From positions 1-64,000 of the IMG/VR virus record IMGVR_UViG_3300045595_000041: a DNA stretch of 64,000 nt. One strand, written 5' to 3'. The DNA comes from a virus (lineage: Duplodnaviria > Caudoviricetes). A program made the position numbers and the translations under genes. Positions 40,310 through 50,328 of this stretch are shown piece after piece (position 1 is the stretch's first letter; every line of letters starts with the position of its first letter). Below the pieces are notes generated by a model that was not told the origin of the DNA, made no database searches, and worked only from the letters and a program-made list of their open reading frames with translations.

Positions 40310-41175
40310 TTGACATGCCATATAGAAAGCGAAAGCAAGTATTCGTTCTAGATTCTAATCTGCTTATGATGAAGTCGGCAGCAGTCTTCAGAAATCTTAG
40401 CCTTGAGTCAGGTGAAGAGTCTGGAATAGTCTATGGCTATGTCAGCAAGGTCATGAACATGATATGGCAAGATATGCCAGACTATTTTGTGCCATTGTTT
40501 GACAATGGACGATCGAAGTACAGGACTAACATCAGAGCAGAATACAAAGGCAACAGAGGCAAGAAGTCAGATTCTAAGATAAAGCAGTTCGAAGCTTGCA
40601 AGGAGTTCACTAGCCTGCTTGGATTCAATCCATATTGCATTGCGAATACAGAAGCAGATGACCTTGCTGCAGCAATAGTAAGCAAGTATGCTAGCAAGTA
40701 CTACATCAAACTGTGGTCTGCAGACCATGACTGGCGACAATTGCTTAGAGACAATGTAGTGCTCGTCAAGGAGCTAAAAGGCAATAGCGAGCTCATAACA
40801 GAAAAGAAGGCGACAGAAGAGCTAGGTCTTGACATTCATAGATGGCCAGAGATTGCTGCGATAGTCGGAGATCCTGGTGATGGAGTATATGGTCTGAAGG
40901 GCTTTGGCTATGGAAAAGCTAAGAAGATGCTGTACAAGTATGGCGATCTTTGGAATGCTGTAGCTAACGATGACAAGCTTAAGCCATATTCGAAGACTAT
41001 TCTTGAGAACTACCAGCTTACGATCTTAGACGGCTCTATTGCAGAAGAGCAGGTCAATATAGAAGCTCATGACATACGTAACATAAAAGACATAGACAGA
41101 GAAGCGTTGTATGCTTTCTTTGATAGGTGGCAACTGAACAAGGCTAAGAAAGACTTCGAGAATGAATTCGTCTGA
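40306..41175 (+). CDS. 5'-3' exonuclease/flap endonuclease
   Basis: VLDSN, EYKGNR, EADD, SADHD, GDPGD..G.KG.G motifs. Confidence 0.9.
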   Translation: MIDMPYRKRKQVFVLDSNLLMMKSAAVFRNLSLESGEESGIVYGYVSKVMNMIWQDMPDYFVPLFDNGRSKYRTNIRAEYKGNRGKKSDSKIKQFEACKEFTSLLGFNPYCIANTEADDLAAAIVSKYASKYYIKLWSADHDWRQLLRDNVVLVKELKGNSELITEKKATEELGLDIHRWPEIAAIVGDPGDGVYGLKGFGYGKAKKMLYKYGDLWNAVANDDKLKPYSKTILENYQLTILDGSIAEEQVNIEAHDIRNIKDIDREALYAFFDRWQLNKAKKDFENEFV

Positions 41176-41902
41176 TGCATTGTCTAGCATAGAGTTTATG
41201 CCTGAGAATGTTCCAGTCTCAGCTAATTTCAGCTCAGATGACGCATACTACTACTGCGATGAATGCGGAGACAGGTTCGATTCTATAGGAGCTCTCAACT
41301 TTCACAAGACTAGCTTCCACTATGACAGATGGAAAGACATTGACAGTGCGCAGTATGATGCTGGACAGACATGTCTCTATAATGGCACTCAATGGCTATG
41401 GGGCGAATTCAAGAAGGAGCATGCTTTGCCAGATGTAGTCTTTTCGTTCGACTATGACAGATACATACATAGAGACGACTACGACAAGAACATCATGCCA
41501 GCATTCTTCAAAGACAAATGCAAAGACTTGCGAACAGGGCTTATGTACGATCTTTTGTCTTTCAGCTATCAATGGAAGATGCTTGACCCTTATGCTAAAG
41601 CTGCTTCTCTAGCACATACAGCTGCTCACATAGAGTACATGAATAGTGGAAGAGTCGTTACTAAGAAGTTCAGCCATGGAAGAGTCTTCAAGAAGATAGC
41701 TGAATCATATCTGCTAGAATGCTCAAGAACGCAAAATGGCTGGGATGCTACTTATGCTACTAAGAAGTTCAAAGACAGATACAAGGGAGCATGCAAAGAG
41801 CTTGCAAGATATCATCCGCTTGCCGTAGTAGAAGAAGGAAGAAGAAAGAAGCTATGCAGCGCAGAAAGTAGCAAGCTATGCAATCTTCCGAAACTGATCT
41901 GA
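41162..41902 (+). CDS. Hypothetical protein with C2H2 zinc finger
   Basis: YYCDECGDRF...L..H...H. Confidence 0.65.
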   Translation: MNSSDALSSIEFMPENVPVSANFSSDDAYYYCDECGDRFDSIGALNFHKTSFHYDRWKDIDSAQYDAGQTCLYNGTQWLWGEFKKEHALPDVVFSFDYDRYIHRDDYDKNIMPAFFKDKCKDLRTGLMYDLLSFSYQWKMLDPYAKAASLAHTAAHIEYMNSGRVVTKKFSHGRVFKKIAESYLLECSRTQNGWDATYATKKFKDRYKGACKELARYHPLAVVEEGRRKKLCSAESSKLCNLPKLI

Positions 41903-41903
41903 T

Positions 41904-41932
41904 TTTACTTTCTGCAATTGATGTTATATAAT
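41904..41932 (+). promoter_or_regulatory. Sigma70-type promoter
   Basis: TTTACT-N17-TATAAT. Confidence 0.75.
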
Positions 41933-41967
41933 TAAATTATAAAAAATGAAAAACGAAAGGATATGTT

Positions 41968-42627
41968 TTGGGTAGACGCAAAAAAGACAATCCAAAATAC
42001 AAAGAAGACGGATTCGTCACAACGAATCTTGATACTGGAATGCAGATCGTCGATGGAAGCAAATGTCTTAATGACTACCATCTTACTAATGACATAACGA
42101 TGTTTTCAGATGCGATTATGTTCGCATTCAAATACAATATAGTCGTCAACATCTCTGAATGGTGGCTTGACAATTCTAATGACTTATCAGACGGAAGGAT
42201 CTACATTGAGAATATGGGCTTTGAAGTCAGCAAACTTCTTCCTAGCATGAAACTATATGATCCGTGGCTTAATGATGATCTGTACTGGCTTAAGTCATGG
42301 ACACCTGGTGCGAATGTCAACAAGTTTTCTAGCTGGTCTAATATAGAGCACGATACGCCTAGAATACAGCAAGTAGAGCATATACGAGGACCATTCGATC
42401 GTTTTGACAAGTATGACATTGACAAGTACTTCAAAAGAGAAGACGTTCTAGAATGGGATGCTGACGTTGATGAAAGACGTAACTGGCAGAAGAATATAGA
42501 AGAGAAAGGTGTTCTTTCTACAGAAGAAGGCAAGAACCTTCATTATGAAGAGTCTTCTGGATTGAGCATCGCTGGCAAAATGTGGAAGCCTAGCATCAAG
42601 AAGATAAGGGAAGCTGAACTGTCATGA
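41968..42627 (+). CDS. Hypothetical protein
   Basis: RBS AAAGGA, TTG start. Confidence 0.65.
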   Translation: MGRRKKDNPKYKEDGFVTTNLDTGMQIVDGSKCLNDYHLTNDITMFSDAIMFAFKYNIVVNISEWWLDNSNDLSDGRIYIENMGFEVSKLLPSMKLYDPWLNDDLYWLKSWTPGANVNKFSSWSNIEHDTPRIQQVEHIRGPFDRFDKYDIDKYFKREDVLEWDADVDERRNWQKNIEEKGVLSTEEGKNLHYEESSGLSIAGKMWKPSIKKIREAELS

Positions 42628-43319
42628 ATGTCTTGACTTTTGATTTGGAGACTACTGGCCTTGATTTCGATTCAGACCAGATCACTCAATTTGCTGCAAT
42701 GCGTTTTAGTGATGGCAAGATAAGGGAATTCCAGTTCAAGCTACCAGCAACTAAGCAATTGTCAGAAGCAGCAGCTGAGAAGACTGGATTCGATCTTGAT
42801 AGTTTGAAGAAAGATTCGCCATTCAATGACTACAATGAAGCGCTTAAGAATGCTTTGAACGTAATAGTCTCTGCTATATCTAATGACTATGTGATTTGCG
42901 GATATAATGTGTCATTTGACTTGACTATGCTTTTCAACAATGCTGCAAGAGAGCTTAACGTCAACAAGACCGCTTTAAGCAAGCTGTTCAATATTGCTTT
43001 GGTATATGATGCATATGTCATTGACAAAGAATACAGACGCAATACTAATGGAATGTCAAGGCGTCTTGTAGATGTTGCAGACTTCTATGAAGTGCCAAGC
43101 AAGCCCAATCATGATGCGAAGTATGATGTAAGAGCTACATTTGAAGTAATGCAAGCTCAGTTGCAATCGTATAACGACAAGCTTGGAGACAGCAAAGAGC
43201 AAATATGCAAAGATTGCAAGCTTGCAGCTATTGCACAAAGAGAATCTCTCAATATGTGGCTAAAGACTAAAGAGCATGAGAAGCTTTACGAGGGATTCCC
43301 TATTCTAAAAGAAGCATGA
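42624..43319 (+). CDS. DnaQ-like 3'-5' exonuclease (DEDDh)
   Basis: FDLETTG, GYNVSFD, HDAKYD. Confidence 0.9.
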   Translation: MNVLTFDLETTGLDFDSDQITQFAAMRFSDGKIREFQFKLPATKQLSEAAAEKTGFDLDSLKKDSPFNDYNEALKNALNVIVSAISNDYVICGYNVSFDLTMLFNNAARELNVNKTALSKLFNIALVYDAYVIDKEYRRNTNGMSRRLVDVADFYEVPSKPNHDAKYDVRATFEVMQAQLQSYNDKLGDSKEQICKDCKLAAIAQRESLNMWLKTKEHEKLYEGFPILKEA

Positions 43320-43337
43320 CTTATTTTTACTATCGAT

Positions 43338-43366
43338 TTTACAAATGCAGAATTTTGTATTATAAT
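43338..43366 (+). promoter_or_regulatory. Sigma70-type promoter for the tRNA region
   Basis: TTTACA-N17-TATAAT. Confidence 0.75.
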
Positions 43367-43375
43367 AAAACTATA

Positions 43376-43695
43376 AGGTTTAATCCAATCATAATGCGGT
43401 TGCCTTGAAACGGTTGAGGCTAGTTAGATTCCTTTCAGACCTTGATTGTTTCGTTAATTGTTGCATGCATCTTAATGGTGCATGCAACTTTAATCTTTGC
43501 AATTCAAATATTGCATTTTGGGTAATATGGTACTGTATGTAGAGTGTTCTGTATATTGTTGATGTTCGATTCATCAGTTACCTACGCAGTTTCAGTAGGC
43601 TATGAGTTAGCAGCATGACGAAAGTCATCATGGTTATATGTGACCACTAACGAGCTGAATGCTATAGCATACAGTCTGGTGCAATGCCAGACATT
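43376..43695 (+). pseudogene. Degenerate tRNA-like/structured RNA remnants
   Basis: Ser(UGA)-like remnant 43376-43442; T-arm TGATG-TTCGATT-CATCA plus GTTACC acceptor-like end 43521-43583; multi-hairpin 43606-43692. Confidence 0.35.
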
Positions 43696-43769
43696 GCCTT
43701 TGTAATTCAACTGGATAGAATGCCCGTCTTCTAAACGGGATGTTGCGAGTCCGAGTCTCGCCAAAGGCA
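43696..43769 (+). tRNA. tRNA-Arg(UCU)
   Basis: GCCTTTG/CAAAGGC acceptor, ATTC/GAAT D-stem, CCCGT-CTTCTAA-ACGGG anticodon arm, GCGAG/CTCGC T-stem; no encoded CCA. Confidence 0.88.
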
Positions 43770-43795
43770 CGATGATTGCGGTCTATCATCAAAAC

Positions 43796-43872
43796 AGCCC
43801 GCTATCCCCTCATACTTATAATATGCTGAAAGGGTAATTGGTGACATAAGAGTTCAAGTCTCTTGCGGGCTA
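43796..43872 (+). tRNA. Non-canonical tRNA-like RNA with UAU (Ile) anticodon-like loop
   Basis: AGCCCGC/GCGGGCT acceptor, AAGAG-TTCAAGT-CTCTT T-arm, CATA-CTTATAA-TATG; no D-arm at the normal position. Confidence 0.5.
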
Positions 43873-43979
43873 CTTCTATTATAAAAAATGAAAGGAAAGA
43901 TAGACAAGACAATAGCACGAGATAACGCAACTAATAGCATAATATACGCAATAATTAGCACAAATAGAAAGAATACAAT

Positions 43980-44801
43980 ATGTCTAACTATCAAGATCTA
44001 TTCGAACAGTATCGCAAAAAAGTAGAGTCTTCGAACAATTACGGAAATAGCGTCAATCTCATTGGTGTTACGGAAGAAAATCCGAAGATCTACATCCAGC
44101 TTCTTCAGAATGGGCTGTTCGCTATTCCATTCTATCGCTACCATAAAGTGTTTGACGGTGGCAAGAATCGAAACTTCATTGCTCGGTCATTCCTTGGCAA
44201 GCCAGATTTCATTCACGATCATTTTCATGAAGACCCTAAGCCTCGTTATGTAGGTAGAGTCCTGCAGCTTGATCGAGACGGCAAAGACTTGACTCCAATG
44301 ATTGAAGACATTGTCACTACTCAAGAGAAAGCTGACAAGGTGCTTTCAAAGTTCCCGAATCTTGAGCATTCAGATGGCAATGGCAAAGTAACATTCAAGA
44401 ATCTGTATCGAATTGGCTTCATCAATGTCGGAAAATCTGTTGATGATGAGGTAGCTGGCATTCTTGAAGAGTTTGGAGACATTACGTCTACGCCGCTGTC
44501 TTTCTCTCGCAAAGGTGAGAAGCTAGAGACTTCATACAGTGTCATTCCAGCTAGGGAAGCTAAGCTAGATGCAGACATTCTTACAGCGTCAGTTCTTGCT
44601 TCTGGTACTATCGACGACTATGTCGATATCTTTGCATCTGAGAAGCGATACAACAAAGCATTCAATCTGAATCAAGACTCTGAAAGCAAAGCTGCATCAG
44701 AAGAGTCTGTTGCTTCGAAAGCAGATGAAGATGATGCAGAATCTAAAACAGACAGCAAGCAAGATATCGCTGCAGCAATCAATGATCTGTGGAAAGACTA
44801 G
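43980..44801 (+). CDS. Single-stranded DNA-binding protein (gp32-like)
   Basis: RKGEKLETSYSV motif, acidic C-terminal tail, upstream of recombinase. Confidence 0.6.
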   Translation: MSNYQDLFEQYRKKVESSNNYGNSVNLIGVTEENPKIYIQLLQNGLFAIPFYRYHKVFDGGKNRNFIARSFLGKPDFIHDHFHEDPKPRYVGRVLQLDRDGKDLTPMIEDIVTTQEKADKVLSKFPNLEHSDGNGKVTFKNLYRIGFINVGKSVDDEVAGILEEFGDITSTPLSFSRKGEKLETSYSVIPAREAKLDADILTASVLASGTIDDYVDIFASEKRYNKAFNLNQDSESKAASEESVASKADEDDAESKTDSKQDIAAAINDLWKD

Positions 44802-44999
44802 AAGTTCTGTAGAATCTAGATCATTCTCAGATTTCGGTTCATTCACGAACATATAAGATGAGTTCATGCCAGTCTCTGCATCATAAGAATATTATGGATA
44901 TAGTATTATATATTCAATTGATTAGCTATGGTCAGAGATTGGCATTCTCATTATTTTTCAACTGATTCAGATTCACGTTGTAAGGCAAAAGAATACAAT

Positions 45000-46283
45000 A
45001 TGGTAACAGCTATCGATAAGCTTAAAGCTAGTCTTAAGTCTCAATTTGGGGATATATCTGCTATGTCTCCAAGTGAGATACCAAACAAGGGTGTTGTTTC
45101 TACAGGCTCATTAGGAATAGACTACATGGTCGGTTCTAAGCATGGTATGGGCGTGCCAAGAAACATTGTAGTAGAGCTAGGTGGAATGCCAGGCTCATCA
45201 AAGTCTTCACTTTCATTTTCGATAATCGAGCACGTTCTTGAATTGGAATTCTACAGAGCTTGCTTCAAGCGAAAAGTAGAGAAGCTAGTATCTCAAGGAA
45301 AATTCGAAAAAGGTGAATTAGACTGGTTCAACAAATTCTATGATGAGCAGATAGCAGACTTGCATGTATGGAATGAGCAAGAGAAGAATGATGCTGTAGA
45401 TGCAGAGACGTTGACAGACGAAGAGAAGCAGTCTGTCATAGAGAATGACATGAGAAACGGTATCTATCTAGATGTCGAAGGCAGATTCGACAAAGAATGG
45501 GCTTCTCATTTCATCAAAGAAGAGTTCTTCAACAAGCTCATTCTTGTCTGGCCTGATACTGCAGAGCAAGCGACTGACATGTACGTAGAAGCTTTGCGAA
45601 CTGGCACTATAGCAGTTGCAGTATTCGATTCCATAGGTGGAGCTCCATCTCAAAGGACATACTGGAAGTCAGCTACATCTGGAAATGTAGGTGGCAATGC
45701 ATTAGCTATCACTAGATTCTCACAATTTGCTCAGAACATGTCAAACAAGTATACATGTCTGACAATCGGAATCAACCAGGTCAGAGCAGACATGAGTGGA
45801 TATCATCAGTACATAACTCCTGGTGGTCTTGGATGGCAGCATGCATGCTCTTTGAGAATCGAACTGAAGCGCAAGAACAAAGATGTCGTATATGATATCG
45901 AACCAGGCACAGTAGACTCCCAATACATATGCGGGTACAAAGTTGCTGCAAGACTGCACAAGAATTCTATTGGCATGTCTAAGCAAGCTTGTGAGTTCTG
46001 GTTCTACACTAACGATTGCAGATATGGCAAAGCTGGCTTTGGAACTATAGAAGAGCTCATCAACCTTGCTACTCTGTGTGGAGAAGTAGAAAAGGGTGCT
46101 GCTGGAGTGTATCGATCAGGATACTTCCCAGATGGCAAGATTCGTGGCTATGACAAGATGGTCAACTACATAAAGAATGATGAAGGCGTCTACAATCAGC
46201 TGTATGAAGACATGAAGTCTAGATTGATGTCTGGTGACATACGAAATGCTGTCACAGAATTCAATGATGCTGACGAAGAATAA
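45000..46283 (+). CDS. recA: RecA/UvsX-like recombinase
   Basis: STGSLGID, GMPGSSKSS, YLDVE, VFDSI, INQVR, TPGG..W.H.CS.RI. Confidence 0.9.
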   Translation: MVTAIDKLKASLKSQFGDISAMSPSEIPNKGVVSTGSLGIDYMVGSKHGMGVPRNIVVELGGMPGSSKSSLSFSIIEHVLELEFYRACFKRKVEKLVSQGKFEKGELDWFNKFYDEQIADLHVWNEQEKNDAVDAETLTDEEKQSVIENDMRNGIYLDVEGRFDKEWASHFIKEEFFNKLILVWPDTAEQATDMYVEALRTGTIAVAVFDSIGGAPSQRTYWKSATSGNVGGNALAITRFSQFAQNMSNKYTCLTIGINQVRADMSGYHQYITPGGLGWQHACSLRIELKRKNKDVVYDIEPGTVDSQYICGYKVAARLHKNSIGMSKQACEFWFYTNDCRYGKAGFGTIEELINLATLCGEVEKGAAGVYRSGYFPDGKIRGYDKMVNYIKNDEGVYNQLYEDMKSRLMSGDIRNAVTEFNDADEE

Positions 46284-46289
46284 TCCGAT

Positions 46290-46318
46290 TTTACTTTTTA
46301 TTGCCTATAGTATATAAT
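46290..46318 (+). promoter_or_regulatory. Sigma70-type promoter
   Basis: TTTACT-N17-TATAAT. Confidence 0.75.
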
Positions 46319-46342
46319 ATAATTATAGACTTGGAGACAACA

Positions 46343-46885
46343 ATGGCTAATTCTCATGAAAGCTTCCCAGACTGGCATCAGCACGAAAAAGACATATCTG
46401 ACATGATTCAAGCTGATCAGACCACAGCTTCTGGTTCCGTATGGTATGACAAGACAGACGTGACGACAAGAGAGCATCCGTTAGATAGAGAAGTGCAATT
46501 CCAAGCTGATGGAAAGTCAACTCACTTCAGCAAGTATTCTATCGATGTGCATTTCATGGAAGAGAACAGACTTCGTGCAGTTAAGACTGGCAAGATCTTC
46601 CTTCTTCCTGTTCGTTTCGAACTTACGCCAGACAGACATGAGAAATACGACTATGTCGTTCTGTCAATGGACGATTTCAGATTCGTCACTGGTCTAGACG
46701 AAGTGAAAAGCATGCGAGAGAAAGATGCTAATCGCAAGAACAAAGAAGCTGCATTCAAGAACAAGATATCAGCCGTCATCGAGTCACTTTACAATATGGC
46801 TGCAGACAATAAGCTGTCTTGTAATGAGCTAAACATCATATACAAAGCTTGCGATGCTCTCGATGAAGGCATGAATGAACTGTGA
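46343..46885 (+). CDS. PD-(D/E)xK Holliday junction resolvase-like nuclease
   Basis: HEKDI...TTASGS...KTD...ADGKST...YSI. Confidence 0.6.
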   Translation: MANSHESFPDWHQHEKDISDMIQADQTTASGSVWYDKTDVTTREHPLDREVQFQADGKSTHFSKYSIDVHFMEENRLRAVKTGKIFLLPVRFELTPDRHEKYDYVVLSMDDFRFVTGLDEVKSMREKDANRKNKEAAFKNKISAVIESLYNMAADNKLSCNELNIIYKACDALDEGMNEL

Positions 46886-47442
46886 CAGATTCATTAGAGC
46901 TTGTATCTGCTGTTGCTCAGTCTAGCAAAGAGAGGCTTGCGAAGTCTAGCATATGTAGAATATGCTCTCTAGAAGTATCTGAAAGGCGAGTCTTAGAGCA
47001 GCTTATAGCTTGTGGAGTGCCCAATACTGTAATCATACATATTGCGAGTCAGATGTTCAATATCGAGATCAATGGCTCTATTATAGCTAAGCACATTGAT
47101 CATCTTCCTGCTAAACTGTTCATGTACAAGGAGATAATAGAGAGACGAGCTAAAGAAGCTGGCATATCTCCAGATGATACTGCTAGCAGACTTACTCCAG
47201 TCGCTTACATAGAGATGCTTCTCAATGACGCAGCTCAGACACTTATCGACAATCCTAAAAGCACTAATGCATTCGTTGGAATGCAAGCTGCCAAGACTTT
47301 GATAGACATCGAAGGCAACAAAGCTTCTCAAGAAGATGTCATGCTTTGGGTTTCTAAGTTCAGGCAATTGGTCGGTGCTATGAAGACTGTATGCTCTCAA
47401 GATCAGATAGACAAGATACTGAAAGTTGTAGAAGATGAGTGA
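46882..47442 (+). CDS. Zn/HTH DNA-binding protein (possible terminase small subunit)
   Basis: CRIC...G.P...I...H..H followed by helical domain; function inferred only. Confidence 0.4.
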   Translation: MTDSLELVSAVAQSSKERLAKSSICRICSLEVSERRVLEQLIACGVPNTVIIHIASQMFNIEINGSIIAKHIDHLPAKLFMYKEIIERRAKEAGISPDDTASRLTPVAYIEMLLNDAAQTLIDNPKSTNAFVGMQAAKTLIDIEGNKASQEDVMLWVSKFRQLVGAMKTVCSQDQIDKILKVVEDE

Positions 47443-47740
47443 GTCTGATATATCAAAAGAAGAAGCTGAGCAGAAGTTCGATGATTTCAGAAAGACAAAA
47501 GCTTTGCTTCCATGTCAGTATCTGCCATCTGCTTATTTCTACAGACGATACTGGATATGGTCTTCGCCTACTGATGTTGATGACATAAGAGTCGTAAAGA
47601 ATGTTTGCGATACTTGTCCTCTTAAAGAAGAATGCAGGGAAGTCGGCAAGGATGAGCCATATGGCATTTGGGGTAATGAATATAGAGAGCATTGGGCTGA
47701 AAGACGAGACCTAGACGTCGACAGGGAACCATATGCTTGA
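47435..47740 (+). CDS. whiB: WhiB family transcription regulator
   Basis: C...CDTCPLKEEC...YGIWG. Confidence 0.8.
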   Translation: MSESDISKEEAEQKFDDFRKTKALLPCQYLPSAYFYRRYWIWSSPTDVDDIRVVKNVCDTCPLKEECREVGKDEPYGIWGNEYREHWAERRDLDVDREPYA

Positions 47741-47756
47741 TTTTTTGTCATATGAT

Positions 47757-47785
47757 TGTACATTGTCAATCATTTGATATATAAT
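47757..47785 (+). promoter_or_regulatory. Sigma70-type promoter (variant -35)
   Basis: TGTACA-N17-TATAAT. Confidence 0.6.
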
Positions 47786-47821
47786 AATAATACTATAAAA
47801 TACAAAAAGAAAGGATTCATT

Positions 47822-48253
47822 TTGAACAAAAGCAACAAAGACTTTCTAAGCAAGAAAGCTTCACAATTTGATTGGGAAGACATCCTCAATTCACAGATGG
47901 CATTGCAATCTGCTTATCATGTAGATTTGAATGCTAAAGGCAAAGATAGATGCCGTCTGATAAAAGACATGGCTTTCTCATGCGAATCAGAGCTTCATGA
48001 AATGTTGCAATGTGTTTCATGGAGAGACTGGTCTGATAGTGATGACATAGATGAAGATGGCGTAAAAGAAGAGCTACGTGACTCATTCCAATTCTTCGTC
48101 AATCTTATGCTAATAATGAAAATGTCACCTGAAGAGCTATTTGAAAGAGTCAAGTCCAAGCAGAATAAGAATTGGGACAGAATCTCTTCTAATTACAGCG
48201 AGCATATCAATTCTAAGGATTCTGATGGATCAGACTATAGTAATGCAATCTGA
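47822..48253 (+). CDS. All-alpha dNTP pyrophosphatase (dimeric dUTPase/dCTPase/MazG-like)
   Basis: ESELHEM...WRDW...KEELRD..F.. and K.NKN..R motifs. Confidence 0.75.
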   Translation: MNKSNKDFLSKKASQFDWEDILNSQMALQSAYHVDLNAKGKDRCRLIKDMAFSCESELHEMLQCVSWRDWSDSDDIDEDGVKEELRDSFQFFVNLMLIMKMSPEELFERVKSKQNKNWDRISSNYSEHINSKDSDGSDYSNAI

Positions 48254-49016
48254 ACCTTCTATGTCTGATGAAGAAATGCGATATGACTTTCTTTCAGACA
48301 GAGATGTTCTTTATGTCTATTCTGTATATCCTGAATCTAAGAAGAAGTCATGGTGCCCAACTTGCAATGGTAGTGATGCTAATTGCGATCACGAATTGCA
48401 AAGGCAATTGTTCAAGCATTATGCGAATGCAGGCATAGGTCTTACATATCAACGGCTTTCATGGAAAGACTACAATGGACCAGAAGATGTGAAGAAGTTC
48501 TGTCAGATATATGCAAGTCAATCTAAAGCTTTCAAAGAGAACAATGTCGGACTAATGCTTCTTGGCAATAATGGAACAGGCAAGACTACTGTAATGTCAT
48601 TGCTATTGAAAGACTTGGTAAGACAAAGAGCTAAGTGCTTCTTCACAACGTATTCGAATCTAGTTCAAATGCTTGGTGGCTCGTTTTACGATGAAGATGC
48701 AAGACGGCTTTATGCTGACAAGATTATCAAGTCTACTTTCTTGGCTATAGACGACATAGGCAAAGAGATGGCTAACAAGTTGACTGTAAATGCTATCGAT
48801 AATGTTCTTAGACAAAGAGTGCAAGCTTCTAGACCTACTTTCCTTACGTCGAACATGACAAGAGGTCAGATAATGAATGAGTATGGAAGATCTGCTTTCA
48901 GTCTGATAGCTGAGACCTCTAATGCATTCGATTTTGACGGATACGATGTCAGACCAGATGTAAGAAAGCGAAAGCTTGAAGATGCAGCTAAGGGTATCAT
49001 TCATCCCATCATTTGA
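48243..49016 (+). CDS. DnaC/IstB-like helicase loader
   Basis: GNNGTGKT, LAIDDIGKE, PTFLTSN. Confidence 0.85.
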   Translation: MQSEPSMSDEEMRYDFLSDRDVLYVYSVYPESKKKSWCPTCNGSDANCDHELQRQLFKHYANAGIGLTYQRLSWKDYNGPEDVKKFCQIYASQSKAFKENNVGLMLLGNNGTGKTTVMSLLLKDLVRQRAKCFFTTYSNLVQMLGGSFYDEDARRLYADKIIKSTFLAIDDIGKEMANKLTVNAIDNVLRQRVQASRPTFLTSNMTRGQIMNEYGRSAFSLIAETSNAFDFDGYDVRPDVRKRKLEDAAKGIIHPII

Positions 49017-49035
49017 AAGAATGTAACAACAGCTT

Positions 49036-50328
49036 ATGGAAGAAGCAACTAAATTAGAAGACATGGCTGTCTACTTGATGACAGATCTGACTTCATTGAA
49101 GAGAATGTACTCTCTTGGTCTTAGAGAGACTTACTTCGATGATCTATTGAACAAGAAAGCATTTGCGTTCTCTGTAGAATACTGGCAAGGTTCTAATCTT
49201 AAGAAAGCACCTACAAGCAGTCTGCTTGAGAAGGAAGTCCCAAGCCTACATGTGAAGTCGACAGACATATCTGCTACATATATAGTTGATGCTCTTAAGA
49301 AACGGCTTATATCGAACAGGATGAAAAGAGCTTTGCTGGATTCGGCAGACTCTTTGAAAGAGCATCCTAAAGAAGCCCTAGAAATTCTGTCTAATCAGCT
49401 ATGGTCTATTTCGAAGCAAGCTAAAGACAGAAAGAATGTCTCGGAACTGTATGATACTGTAGAAAGTCGAAAAGAACGATATCATAAGCGTTCTAAGATG
49501 TCGAAGAATGGTCTTATTGGCGCATCTATAGGTTTCCCAGAGATCGATCAAGTCACAATGGGTCTTGCAAATGGAGAGCTATGCACAATAGCTGCTCCTA
49601 CTAAGACTGGCAAGACATGGATTGGCCTAAAGATTGTTGCAGAAGCTATGAAAGCTAAGAAGAGAGTAGTCTTCTTCACGCTTGAGCTTTCTGTAGCAGA
49701 TATCGAAGATAGACTTGACGCTATTCTGTCTGGCGTATCATATTCAAGGCTTTCTACAGGCACATTGTCATCTATAGAGATTGGAAAGCTGTCAAAGATT
49801 CAGCAGTCATATGATTCATATGGAAAAGTACTGATTTCTAAGCCACGAATAGGTGAAAGAACAGTTCCAGACATGATGAAAGTAATACGAGATTTTGATG
49901 CGGAGTTAGTAGTCATAGACCAGCTTTCATTCATGGAAGCATCGAATCCTGGAACATCAAAGACAGAGAATGCATCTAGAATAATCGATGAGCTTAAGAT
50001 GTCGATATCTGAAGACGAAGACAGCATGATTCCAGTCTACTTGCTTTCTCAGATGAATAGAGCTGCTTCATTCACAGAGAATGGAAGAGGAAAGCTGACT
50101 AATATCGCTCTTACTTCGAACATAGAGAATGCTTCAGATCTGATAATAGGCCTTGGCTCTACTAAAGAGCAGAGAATCAACAACACTATGGTTCTTGAGA
50201 TTCTTGGGTCAAGACGAACTAGCATGAGGTCTTGGCTGATATATCGAAATCTTCAAGACAAGACAGACTTCCACGTCATAAAAGAGATGACAGAGGATGA
50301 AGACGCAAGCGAAGAGGTAGAATCATAA
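49036..50328 (+). CDS. dnaB: DnaB-like replicative helicase
   Basis: APTKTGKT, FTLE, VIDQL, SQMNR, IENASD. Confidence 0.9.
   Translation: MEEATKLEDMAVYLMTDLTSLKRMYSLGLRETYFDDLLNKKAFAFSVEYWQGSNLKKAPTSSLLEKEVPSLHVKSTDISATYIVDALKKRLISNRMKRALLDSADSLKEHPKEALEILSNQLWSISKQAKDRKNVSELYDTVESRKERYHKRSKMSKNGLIGASIGFPEIDQVTMGLANGELCTIAAPTKTGKTWIGLKIVAEAMKAKKRVVFFTLELSVADIEDRLDAILSGVSYSRLSTGTLSSIEIGKLSKIQQSYDSYGKVLISKPRIGERTVPDMMKVIRDFDAELVVIDQLSFMEASNPGTSKTENASRIIDELKMSISEDEDSMIPVYLLSQMNRAASFTENGRGKLTNIALTSNIENASDLIIGLGSTKEQRINNTMVLEILGSRRTSMRSWLIYRNLQDKTDFHVIKEMTEDEDASEEVES

Noticed and set aside
43376-43695. tmRNA
   Set aside because: No GGGG-type 5' end, no matching acceptor/CCA 3' end and no tag ORF recognised.
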